NCBI GenBank assembly: GCA_020849075.1
Contig: JADLGZ010000018.1
Location: 1 to 44,831 of the forward strand
Length of the DNA stretch: 44,831 nt
Reading direction: 5' to 3'
Source: Fimbriimonadaceae bacterium
Lineage (GTDB): Bacteria > Armatimonadota > Fimbriimonadia > Fimbriimonadales > Fimbriimonadaceae
Of the stretch, positions 37,590 to 44,830 are shown in pieces. The notes beneath the pieces are model-generated. The model saw only the letters and a program-made list of their open reading frames with translations. It ran no database searches and was not told the origin of the DNA. How positions within the stretch are numbered: the stretch's first letter is position 1; each line of letters begins with the position of its first letter. The position numbers and the translations under genes are program-made.

Positions 37590-40031
37590 TTACTTCACCC
37601 TCCTAACGTCCACGCGAGTGTCCTTCCAGTGCTGCCCGGGCGCATACACCGCCGGGAGGTAATAAACCTCGTGGGTAGGTTTCACCTTTTGATACGTGTG
37701 CACGCTGTGGTACTTTCCAGCCCCGAGATAGCGATCCCACCAGCCATGATCCACACAAACCACACCTGGCTTGATGGCCTCAGTCACAAGGGCCCAGAGT
37801 TCGTAGCTTCCAAACTCATTGAAAACTTCCACCGCTTCCCCGTCTTTGATCCCCCTCATAGCCGCATCCTTGGGATTGATCTCAATGACCGGTTTTCTAT
37901 TGAGATTTCGAAGGAATGGGTTGTTGCAGTGGGTCGAGTGAACACGCCACTTTGAGTGAGGGGTGACGATTGCGAGCGGCATTTCTTGGGCGGATACCGG
38001 AAGGTGCTCAAACGCCCAGTGGTAGGTCGGGACGGTCTCGCCCATCTTCTGGTAGATCTCCTCTTCCTTGTAGAACTCCATACGTCCCGTCTTGAGGAAT
38101 TCCCGCTGGGCCCCTTCGGGGAAGGGGTAGGCACGCGGCGGGAAGAGCTTGTCTTCATGAAGTTGCTCGTCCAGCCCGCATTCGGGGTCGTGGACATTCA
38201 ATCGCACAGGACCCTTCTGCAACATTTCCAGCGTTATGCCTTCAACCTCTTTGCCTCCGCCCTTAAGCATGATTTCGATGGCGTCTTCCTCGGTGTAGTC
38301 CATCTGCTTGGCGAGTTCTGGATCGACTCGTTTTAGGAGTTCTTTCTGAACCCACATCTCCGTGCGGCTCTCGTATTGAGGTTTGACGACCTCCTGCTGG
38401 ATTTGCAGATAGGGATGGCAGCTGGTGCCCACCAAGTCCAATTTCTCCCAGAAGGTCGGAGCCGGCAAGACCACATCCGCGTACTCACAAGTCGGCGTCA
38501 TCGAGAAATCGGTAACCACGAACAGGTCCAGACGGTCAATGGCCTCCTTCATGGGGGCGCTAAACTCCGTGACCAATGGATTGGCGTGGCTCACAAAAAG
38601 GGCCTTGAAACCATCCTTCGGGAACTTGATCTTGGGGTTCATGGTCCCCGTGGGCTGACCGAGCACGAAGTAATGCATCGGCACGCCGTTCGGTCGCTTT
38701 CCATCCGGGAACCACCAAGGGGAGACATCGAGCCGGAAGTGGTGCTGCCCAGAATAGATCGAAACGCTCTCGCCCGGCTTACCATGAGCTCCGACAAGCG
38801 AGGCCAGCAGCAGGATGGCGCGAATCGTCAGGTCGCCGTGCAACCGGTGATTTACACCCATGCCGATGATAATTGAGCTGGGGCGCTCGGTGGCATATCG
38901 TATGGCGACCTGGCGGATGGTGTCGGCTGGAATGTCACAGGTCTTGGCGACATGTTCGGGCGCGTACTCGTCCCGCATGATCTCGTTCTCAAGGAGCTCA
39001 AAGACCGGAGTTACGCTGACCTTCGTGCCATCGCTCAGTTGAACCGTGCGCTGGCCTCGAAAAGCAAACTTGGCGTCCTCGGGCAGCTTCAGCGAATCCA
39101 TCGGAAGTTTGTAAAGAGCATCCTTCCCTTCGTCCCAGACCATGAACTCGGCCTCGGTCCCTTCGCCAACGTCACTGGCGCGGAGCCGCTCGCCCGTATC
39201 CTGCCGAATTAGGGTGCAAACGTCGCTGAACTTTTGCAAAAACGCCCAGTCCACATGGCCTTCCTTCAAGACAACCTGGCACATGGAGAGCGCAAGCGCC
39301 CCGTCCGTTCCCGGATTGACGGGGAGCCACAAATCCGCGCCCTTGGCGGTTTGGCTGGCACGGGGGTCAATCGAGATGATTTGGCAATTGTTTCGCTGCT
39401 TGGCGTGGGTCGTGAGAAACTTCGCGTCGGGGATTCGGGTTTGGAAGATGTTGCTTGACCAAAGAATGGCGGTCTTGCAATGAGCCCAACTTCGGGTCTC
39501 GCACTCCACGCAGTCAATACCTACGGTCTGGGTGAAACCCATCGAAATGTCGCCATTGAAGTCATAAGCCGTGGCGAAAGACATCCCGAGCAAGGCGGCG
39601 GCCCGGACTTGGGCGCCTTTCTGGACATATCCCGTGCCCACCACTTGATTAAAGAGGAGCATGGATTCGGGCCCGTGATCCTTGCTGATGCGCTTCATGT
39701 GGTCGGCGATGTAGTCCAAGACTTCATCCCATCCAACCTCCCGCCATTTGTTTTCCCCGCGCTCGCCGGCGCGGATCAAGGGCTTGTGCACGCGGTCCGG
39801 CCCATAAATAATGTGCGTCATGGACATCCCGCGCAGGCATCCGCGAGGGTTGTATTCCTGGCAGGGATAATCCGCCGCCGGCTTGAGGTCAACGATAACA
39901 TCGTCCACGACGGTGGCGAGCCAGCCGCAGGCTCCCGTGCAATTCGGACTATCGGTGGTGCGAACCACCCGCGCCTTTTCGTTAGGAGCGACCGTTGGTG
40001 CTCGACCCGGAACTTTATGTCTGGTTGCCAT
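37590..40031 (-). CDS. Molybdopterin catalytic (alpha) subunit, NarG-like type II DMSO-reductase family, compact (813 aa), no Tat signal
   Basis: DSPNCTGACGW...NPRGCLRG parallels NarG HGVNCTGSCSW...EPRGCPRG (FS0 cluster). AYDFNGD parallels NarG FYDWYCD (Asp Mo ligand region). LWSSNIFQTRIPDAKF parallels AWGSNVPQTRTPDAHF, and DLWLPVNPGTDGALALSM parallels DLWLAPKQGTDAAMALAM. The N-terminus MATRHKVPGRAPTV... has no RRxFLK motif. Confidence 0.8.
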   Translation of the reverse strand: MATRHKVPGRAPTVAPNEKARVVRTTDSPNCTGACGWLATVVDDVIVDLKPAADYPCQEYNPRGCLRGMSMTHIIYGPDRVHKPLIRAGERGENKWREVGWDEVLDYIADHMKRISKDHGPESMLLFNQVVGTGYVQKGAQVRAAALLGMSFATAYDFNGDISMGFTQTVGIDCVECETRSWAHCKTAILWSSNIFQTRIPDAKFLTTHAKQRNNCQIISIDPRASQTAKGADLWLPVNPGTDGALALSMCQVVLKEGHVDWAFLQKFSDVCTLIRQDTGERLRASDVGEGTEAEFMVWDEGKDALYKLPMDSLKLPEDAKFAFRGQRTVQLSDGTKVSVTPVFELLENEIMRDEYAPEHVAKTCDIPADTIRQVAIRYATERPSSIIIGMGVNHRLHGDLTIRAILLLASLVGAHGKPGESVSIYSGQHHFRLDVSPWWFPDGKRPNGVPMHYFVLGQPTGTMNPKIKFPKDGFKALFVSHANPLVTEFSAPMKEAIDRLDLFVVTDFSMTPTCEYADVVLPAPTFWEKLDLVGTSCHPYLQIQQEVVKPQYESRTEMWVQKELLKRVDPELAKQMDYTEEDAIEIMLKGGGKEVEGITLEMLQKGPVRLNVHDPECGLDEQLHEDKLFPPRAYPFPEGAQREFLKTGRMEFYKEEEIYQKMGETVPTYHWAFEHLPVSAQEMPLAIVTPHSKWRVHSTHCNNPFLRNLNRKPVIEINPKDAAMRGIKDGEAVEVFNEFGSYELWALVTEAIKPGVVCVDHGWWDRYLGAGKYHSVHTYQKVKPTHEVYYLPAVYAPGQHWKDTRVDVRRVK

Positions 40032-40088
40032 GATTCATGCGCACGCCACCCCGTGCTCACATGAATTATCAAACACTTAAATTAAGTT

Positions 40089-40110
40089 CAGTATGATGAT
40101 GATCATACTG
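40089..40110. promoter_or_regulatory. 22-bp palindrome containing an FNR/CRP-family-type box upstream of the molybdoenzyme operon
   Basis: CAGTATGAT-GATG-ATCATACTG has 9-bp perfect arms. The core ATGAT-N4-ATCAT matches TTGAT-N4-ATCAA at 8 of 10 positions. On the minus strand a GATAAT hexamer (40070..40065) lies about 32 bp from the palindrome centre, the class-II (-41.5) geometry. The ATG of the alpha gene is at 40031. Confidence 0.45.
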
Positions 40111-40145
40111 GTAAAAAAACTTGCCAAAGCCCAAAATTGAGTGGG

Positions 40146-41747
40146 CTAGCGATTTCGAAACTTGGTCAGGGCCCGATCAATCGTGGCCGTTTCCGGCATC
40201 CCCATCTTCTTCGTGATCCAGGTGTAGAGGCCCATTCCGAGGAGCCCATAAATCGCCAATCGAGCAAACGACAACAGGTGGCTCCCATGCTGAGCGCCCG
40301 GTCCCCAAGCTAAACAGAGCCCCACCAGCACGATGCACATCGCCAACCCGGCCAAGAGGGTCTGGTCCAGAGCCCGCCCAATCTGACCAACCTCCAAACC
40401 GTTCGCATCCTTGCGCAAGGTAAAGGTCATCAGACAAGCCAAGAAGATCGCCGAAAGCGAACTGGCCAAAGGCAGACCCATATAGGAAAGCGGGGTCGCG
40501 AGGAGCGTATAAGCCAAAACAATAAACACCAGCGTCGTCGCCGTCCCCAAAATAATCGGCTTGACCGTCTTGTGCATCGCAAAATAGCCGCGCATCAGGA
40601 TCGGATGCATGCACCATGCCGGGATGCCGAGGCAGAACAGCCGCAAACAAACCACCATCGCCGTGGGGTCGCTCTTCGCCCCCTTGCCATAACCAAAAAG
40701 CGCATTGACAATGTCGGGCGCCATCACCGCCATGTAGATCGCGATCGGCACGCTCACATACAAAGCGGTGCGCATCGTTTTTACGATCTGCTCGCGGAAC
40801 ATGTCCATCCGTTCCTGGGCGAAAAATTGCGACAAGGCCGGGAAAACCGCGATGGCGAAACTCTGCCCGAAGACGCCCAGCGGCGCCTGCATCAACTTAT
40901 TGGAGAGATCCAGCGAGGTGACGATGCCATTCACAAAGCCGCTCCCGAAATAGCGCATGAGAATCCCGTAAACCCCGGGCAGCGAGAGGCCAAACACCAC
41001 GGGCAACATCAGTACGAACACCTTTTTGACGCCCGGATGCCGAAAATCGAAGTTCGGGCGGAACTCCACGCCGATCTTGCGCATCTCCCATGCCGGGAGT
41101 AGGAGGTTTCCGACGAACGCCCCGATCAACGCGCCCCAAGCCATGCCCGCAATGCCCGGATGCACAAAGTGGGAGAGAATCAATGCCCCCAAAATGATGC
41201 CGATATTGTAAACATTTGGCCCTAAACCTGGAATCGAAAAGCGCTGATGGGCATAAAGCGTCCCAAACATCAACCCGCCCAAGAAAAAGGCGAATTGGGC
41301 CGGGAGGACAATGCGGCTCATCTGCGCGATCATCGGGATGCTCGCGTGCTGCTCGGGCTGCAACGTCAGGCGGAGGAGCGGTTCCGTATACACAAACACC
41401 AAACCGACCATCACGAACAAGGCGGCCGTCATGATCGTGGCCACCGCGCTGAAGATATGCCACGCATCGCGCTTTCGATCTGTGTGCAAGTATTCGGAAT
41501 AAACCGGAATAAAAGCCGAGCTCAGGGCCCCGCCGGCAATGAGAAAGAAGAGGAGATCGGGGATGACAAAGGCGAGCGAATAGGCGTCGGTGAACTGGTT
41601 TCGACCGAACTGGGCGGTCATGATCATGTCGCGCACGATGCCCAAGATCCGGCTGAGCAAGAGGCTGCCCCCCATGATGAGGCTCGCGCGGCCGACGTGG
41701 GGTTTCCCGCCCTGTTCTTCCATGAATCCCACAGGGTACCCGCGCAT
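40146..41747 (-). CDS. murJ: Lipid II flippase MurJ (MOP superfamily)
   Basis: Motifs ...LLLSRILGIVRDMIMTAQFGRNQFTDAYSLAFVIPDLLFFLIAGGALSSAFIPV... and a ~14-TM body. The start could be ATG 41747 or 41723. Confidence 0.85.
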   Translation of the reverse strand: MRGYPVGFMEEQGGKPHVGRASLIMGGSLLLSRILGIVRDMIMTAQFGRNQFTDAYSLAFVIPDLLFFLIAGGALSSAFIPVYSEYLHTDRKRDAWHIFSAVATIMTAALFVMVGLVFVYTEPLLRLTLQPEQHASIPMIAQMSRIVLPAQFAFFLGGLMFGTLYAHQRFSIPGLGPNVYNIGIILGALILSHFVHPGIAGMAWGALIGAFVGNLLLPAWEMRKIGVEFRPNFDFRHPGVKKVFVLMLPVVFGLSLPGVYGILMRYFGSGFVNGIVTSLDLSNKLMQAPLGVFGQSFAIAVFPALSQFFAQERMDMFREQIVKTMRTALYVSVPIAIYMAVMAPDIVNALFGYGKGAKSDPTAMVVCLRLFCLGIPAWCMHPILMRGYFAMHKTVKPIILGTATTLVFIVLAYTLLATPLSYMGLPLASSLSAIFLACLMTFTLRKDANGLEVGQIGRALDQTLLAGLAMCIVLVGLCLAWGPGAQHGSHLLSFARLAIYGLLGMGLYTWITKKMGMPETATIDRALTKFRNR

Positions 41748-41854
41748 CGGAAGGTACTCGCTTTACGTCCATTCCCCGTGGGCCTTCTGAGAGAATTTGA
41801 ATTGATACAGACGGTATGGTGAAGGTATCTGGCCCAATCACGGACTCCTAACTA

Positions 41855-42757
41855 GTGGCACGCAATAGAGCTGGCTTTGGTGTTTGCGCTTTCATGGACT
41901 CTCTCGGATCATCCGAGCTGTACGTCGAGCTTTCTCAGCAAGGCTTGAAGGGTTATCAGAATCATCTCCGACTAATGACAGGTGAGAGAAAGGGGCTAAG
42001 ATATTACATTGAAGTCGCTCGTGATTCTTATCCTAGCGTCAAGGACATTTCCTTCCAGTTCTTCTCAGATTCAACCTTCCTCTACGCATTTGCGGGCGAC
42101 GAAAAGTCCTTTTCCTACGCGCACGCAGATGTAGTGATTGCGGCAGCCGAAGTCTGCGCACGATACCAAGTTCATCAGCTTGTAAATGGCCGGCTCCTTC
42201 GAGGTGGACTAGCACATGGTGAAATTGTTGCACAAACAAATGCATTGGTCGGTCTTCCAGTCTATCAAGCCGCCGCGATTGAGTCGAGTGCCAAACACCC
42301 CGCGATCGTGCTGGCAAAGCAGGCCGAGCTCTATGTACGTAGCTTGCTAATGTCGGACGACATCAACATCAACGACCAGGACCTCATCACTAAACAGAGG
42401 GCCAAGAGGTCGCACTTGTTTCTTTACCTTGCGGGAGGTCAAATGATCGTTAATCCTTTCGCGGTGTTGAGGCCAACTGCGGACGCTGAACCGGGCCTAC
42501 TTGAGGCTATCCTGAAGCATTGCCATGATTCGATCAAATGGCACCTACTCAAGTTCACGACCGACGAGCGACGTTATTCGAAGTATGCATTCATGCGCGA
42601 CCTCTTCAACTTTCACCTACTGCAGCACACGGAGTATCTGCGGTTCTATCTGGCGCTGCCCGGAAGTGAGACCGCCAGCCAATTCTTCGGCATCGAACAC
42701 TTTCTTGACGAAAATCTAGATCAGCTGGCTACGAAACCTCCTCGCCCTATCAAATAG
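41855..42757 (+). CDS. Hypothetical protein; N-terminal half resembles a class III nucleotidyl cyclase-type palm domain, C-terminal half helical and unassigned
   Basis: GTG start; the alternative ATG 41894 would remove the first motif. By-eye motifs: FGVCAFMDSLGSS (beta1, Asp15), ISFQFFSDSTFLYAF (Asp72) and LLRGGLAHGEIV...GLPVYQAAAIESSAKHPAIVL (Arg116; compare RiGihtG...G..vN.AsRles.a.pg.I.v). Visibly lower GC than neighbours: two 60-nt lines I counted gave 24/60 and 30/60 G+C, against 34/60 for one line in murJ. Confidence 0.5.
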   Translation: MARNRAGFGVCAFMDSLGSSELYVELSQQGLKGYQNHLRLMTGERKGLRYYIEVARDSYPSVKDISFQFFSDSTFLYAFAGDEKSFSYAHADVVIAAAEVCARYQVHQLVNGRLLRGGLAHGEIVAQTNALVGLPVYQAAAIESSAKHPAIVLAKQAELYVRSLLMSDDININDQDLITKQRAKRSHLFLYLAGGQMIVNPFAVLRPTADAEPGLLEAILKHCHDSIKWHLLKFTTDERRYSKYAFMRDLFNFHLLQHTEYLRFYLALPGSETASQFFGIEHFLDENLDQLATKPPRPIK

Positions 42758-42837
42758 AGCTTGGTATCAAACCGCTTCAAATATTTTTCATTCAATTGGC
42801 CCTAGTTAAGATCACGAGCTAAGTCAGAAATCTCCTC

Positions 42838-42964
42838 AACCCCGTCGTTTAGGGAAAAAATCCCCCGACGGAAAAGTCTTAAACCCCATCATTCATCGCA
42901 AAAACCCCTTCGTTCAAGCCAAGAACCCGGTCGGACAATGAAGAACCCCTTTGTAGTCTTAAGG
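42838..42964 (+). repeat. Six tandem degenerate ~21-bp units, each beginning AACCCC (one ATCCCCC, one AACCCG)
   Basis: Units start at 42838, 42860, 42882, 42903, 42924 and 42944 (lengths 22, 22, 21, 21, 20, 21). They read AACCCCGTCGTTTAGGGAAAAA / ATCCCCCGACGGAAAAGTCTTA / AACCCCATCATTCATCGCAAA / AACCCCTTCGTTCAAGCCAAG / AACCCGGTCGGACAATGAAG / AACCCCTTTGTAGTCTTAAGG. The region is non-coding: no ORF of 60 aa or more on either strand. Confidence 0.7.
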
Positions 42965-43127
42965 TTTCTTAGGCCGGCGCAAGCTTGGAGATGGCAGCAA
43001 GCTGCGAAACATTCAAACGGGCCGATCCAAAGCTGCAGCAAGCAGCCCGCACTCTAAAGTTCGCAACTGTGGAAAAGGTGTTCATAACCGGTGGACACGC
43101 TCGACAAAACTAAGGGAAAAGCGTAGG

Positions 43128-43202
43128 ACAAGATGTGAAGAAAAAAGTGCATCCAAACCACATCTTGTGTCGTCCATAATGTCGCGATACAAGATGTTGT
43201 AT
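43128..43202 (+). promoter_or_regulatory. NrdR-box-like operators upstream of nrdR-nrdJ
   Basis: The 9-mer ACAAGATGT occurs three times: 43128..43136 direct, 43160..43168 inverted, 43189..43197 direct. Two 16-mers, AAACCACATCTTGTGT (43155..43170) and ATACAAGATGTTGTAT (43187..43202), approximate the published NrdR box acaCwAtATaTwGtgt. Their centres are 32 bp apart, the usual tandem-box spacing. A CATAAT hexamer at 43175..43180 lies between them. Confidence 0.55.
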
Positions 43203-43216
43203 TGCGAGGAGTTGAA

Positions 43217-43690
43217 TTGATTTGTCCGTACTGCGGCGGGGAGGAGCAGAAAGTGCTCGACTCTCGAGACGCCAAGGACGGACTTGCGATCCGACGCCGT
43301 CGCGAATGCGCCTCGTGTAATCGTAGATTTACGACGTTCGAGGAGCCGGAAAAGCCGCGTCTCTTCCTGGTCAAGCGCGATGGGTCGCGGGAGGAGTTCT
43401 CCCGCGAAAAAGTCCTGCGGGGCGCCATTGTGGCTTGTCGAAAGAGGCCGGTGGATCATAGCCGGCTCCTGGAACTCGCGGAGGGAATCGAAAGAAGCCT
43501 TATGGATGATGGCGAACTCGAAATTCCATCGGCCCAGATCGGCCGAATGGTGATGGAGCGTCTCCTCGATGTGGACGAGGTCGCCTATGTTCGGTTCGCC
43601 AGCGTGTACGAGCAATTCGAGACGCCGGCTGAGTTCAGCAACATCGTGGATCAAATCAAGAAGTCGCGCAAGCCGCGCATTTTAATGTAG
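43217..43690 (+). CDS. nrdR: Transcriptional repressor NrdR (zinc ribbon + ATP-cone)
   Basis: ICPYCGG...CASCNRRFTTFE zinc ribbon, then an ATP-cone (VKRDGSREEFSREKV...). Start set at TTG 43217 (GAGGAG 5 nt upstream), giving the canonical M-I-C-P-Y-C N-terminus. The listed ORF starts at TTG 43202. Confidence 0.85.
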   Translation: MICPYCGGEEQKVLDSRDAKDGLAIRRRRECASCNRRFTTFEEPEKPRLFLVKRDGSREEFSREKVLRGAIVACRKRPVDHSRLLELAEGIERSLMDDGELEIPSAQIGRMVMERLLDVDEVAYVRFASVYEQFETPAEFSNIVDQIKKSRKPRILM

Positions 43691-43720
43691 AAGTTTGTAT
43701 ACTAAAGCAAGGAAAGCATA

Positions 43721-44830
43721 ATGAAGATTAAGAGGGTTTTCACCACCGCCGGGCAGGACGCCTATGCTGGCATCGAGTTTGAAGCGAGGAAGAGCGAGAT
43801 TCGCAATCCCGACGGCAGCACCGTCTTTTTGATGGAGGATGTCATGGTGCCGAGCCATTGGAGCCAAGTCGCGACCGATATCCTCGCGCAGAAGTATTTC
43901 CGTAAGGCCGGGCTGAAGGATCCCTCGAACGAGAAAGGCCACCTCAGCAAGTTTGGCGACAAATCCAAGGACCACGAAACCGACAGCCGCCAGGTCTTTC
44001 ACCGCCTCGCCGGCTGCTGGCGACACTGGGGCGAGCAATTCGGCTACTTCGATACGAAAGAGGACGCCCAGGCATTCTATGATGAGCTCGTCCGCATGTT
44101 GGCGATGCAGGTCGCGGCGCCGAACAGTCCGCAATGGTTCAACACGGGGCTCCACTATGCCTATGGGATCACCGGCACCTCGCAGGGCCACCACTATGTG
44201 GATCCCAAGACCAAGAAACTGAACCGGAGCGTCAATGCCTACGAGCGGCCCCAGCCCCATGCCTGTTTTATCTTGAGCGTCAAGGATGATCTCGTCAACG
44301 AAGGCGGCATCATGGATTTGTGGACGCGAGAGGCACGCATTTTCAAGTACGGAAGCGGCGTCGGCACGAACTTTAGCAAGCTCCGCGGCGCGAATGAGAA
44401 GCTGAGCGGCGGCGGTCGAAGTAGCGGCCTCATGAGCTTCCTTCGCGTTGGCGACCGAAGCGCGGGCGCGATCAAGAGCGGCGGCACCACTCGCCGGGCG
44501 GCCAAGATGGTCTGCCTCGATGTTGACCATCCCGATATCGAGCAATTCGTAAATTGGAAGGTGAAGGAAGAGCAGAAGGTGGCGGCGCTCGTCACCGGCT
44601 CGGTTCTCAATAATCGGCACTGCAACGCGGTCGTGAAAGCCTGCTGGACCGGCACGCGCAACGACGAGCAACAAGCCCAGAACAAGCCGAACACCGATCC
44701 GCGTAGCAATCCCGAGCTCCGCCTCGCGATCGCCGAAGCCAAGCTCGACGCGATCAGCCCGAACTACATTCAGCGCGCGATTCAGCTCGCCGGAAATGGC
44801 GTCACCAGCATCGACTTCCCTGTTTTCGAT
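43721..44830 (+). CDS. nrdJ: Class II (adenosylcobalamin-dependent) ribonucleotide reductase, 5' part (runs off the window)
   Basis: Not in the ORF track because there is no stop inside the window. My own translation from ATG 43721 (AAGGAAAG upstream) gives MKIKRVFTTAGQDAYAGIEFEARKSEIRNPDGS...VMVPSHWSQVATDILAQKYFRKAG...APNSPQWFNTGL...QPHACFI...IFKYGSGVGTNFSKLRG...GGRSSGLMSFLRVGDRSAGAIKSGGTTRRAAKMV, which are hallmark NrdJ motifs. Confidence 0.85.
   Translation, partial: MKIKRVFTTAGQDAYAGIEFEARKSEIRNPDGSTVFLMEDVMVPSHWSQVATDILAQKYFRKAGLKDPSNEKGHLSKFGDKSKDHETDSRQVFHRLAGCWRHWGEQFGYFDTKEDAQAFYDELVRMLAMQVAAPNSPQWFNTGLHYAYGITGTSQGHHYVDPKTKKLNRSVNAYERPQPHACFILSVKDDLVNEGGIMDLWTREARIFKYGSGVGTNFSKLRGANEKLSGGGRSSGLMSFLRVGDRSAGAIKSGGTTRRAAKMVCLDVDHPDIEQFVNWKVKEEQKVAALVTGSVLNNRHCNAVVKACWTGTRNDEQQAQNKPNTDPRSNPELRLAIAEAKLDAISPNYIQRAIQLAGNGVTSIDFPVFD

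Noticed and set aside
37518-40064. Several plus-strand ORFs of 100-194 aa (37518..37955, 37956..38336, 38376..38876, 39480..40064) across the molybdoenzyme gene
   Set aside because: They are antisense to a continuous NarG-like frame with strong motif support, and show no motifs of their own.
40897-41841. 314-aa minus-strand ORF and the 191-aa plus-strand ORF (41247..41822) overlapping murJ
   Set aside because: They are Arg/Pro/Gly/His-rich alternative-frame or antisense shadows of the well-supported MurJ frame.
42838-42964. Possible CRISPR array
   Set aside because: The units are contiguous ~21-bp degenerate repeats with no unique spacers and no palindromic repeat core, and there are no cas genes in the window.
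42806-43054. Open frame across the AACCCC array encoding a basic, Pro/Lys/Arg/Ser-rich peptide
   Set aside because: There is no ATG, GTG or TTG start before 42939 and no RBS. The openness is a consequence of the repeat, so I treat the region as non-coding.
42960-43200. Cobalamin riboswitch upstream of the B12-dependent nrdJ
   Set aside because: AAGGGAA and a GCAACTG (B12-box-like) string are present, but in the wrong order and without the expected paired elements. nrdR also lies between this region and nrdJ. An Infernal scan would settle it.
43682-44674. 330-aa minus-strand ORF, and the 167-aa ORF at 44239..44742
   Set aside because: Both are antisense to the clearly recognisable nrdJ reading frame. 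Their Ala/Arg/Leu-rich low-information sequence is typical of GC-rich shadow ORFs.
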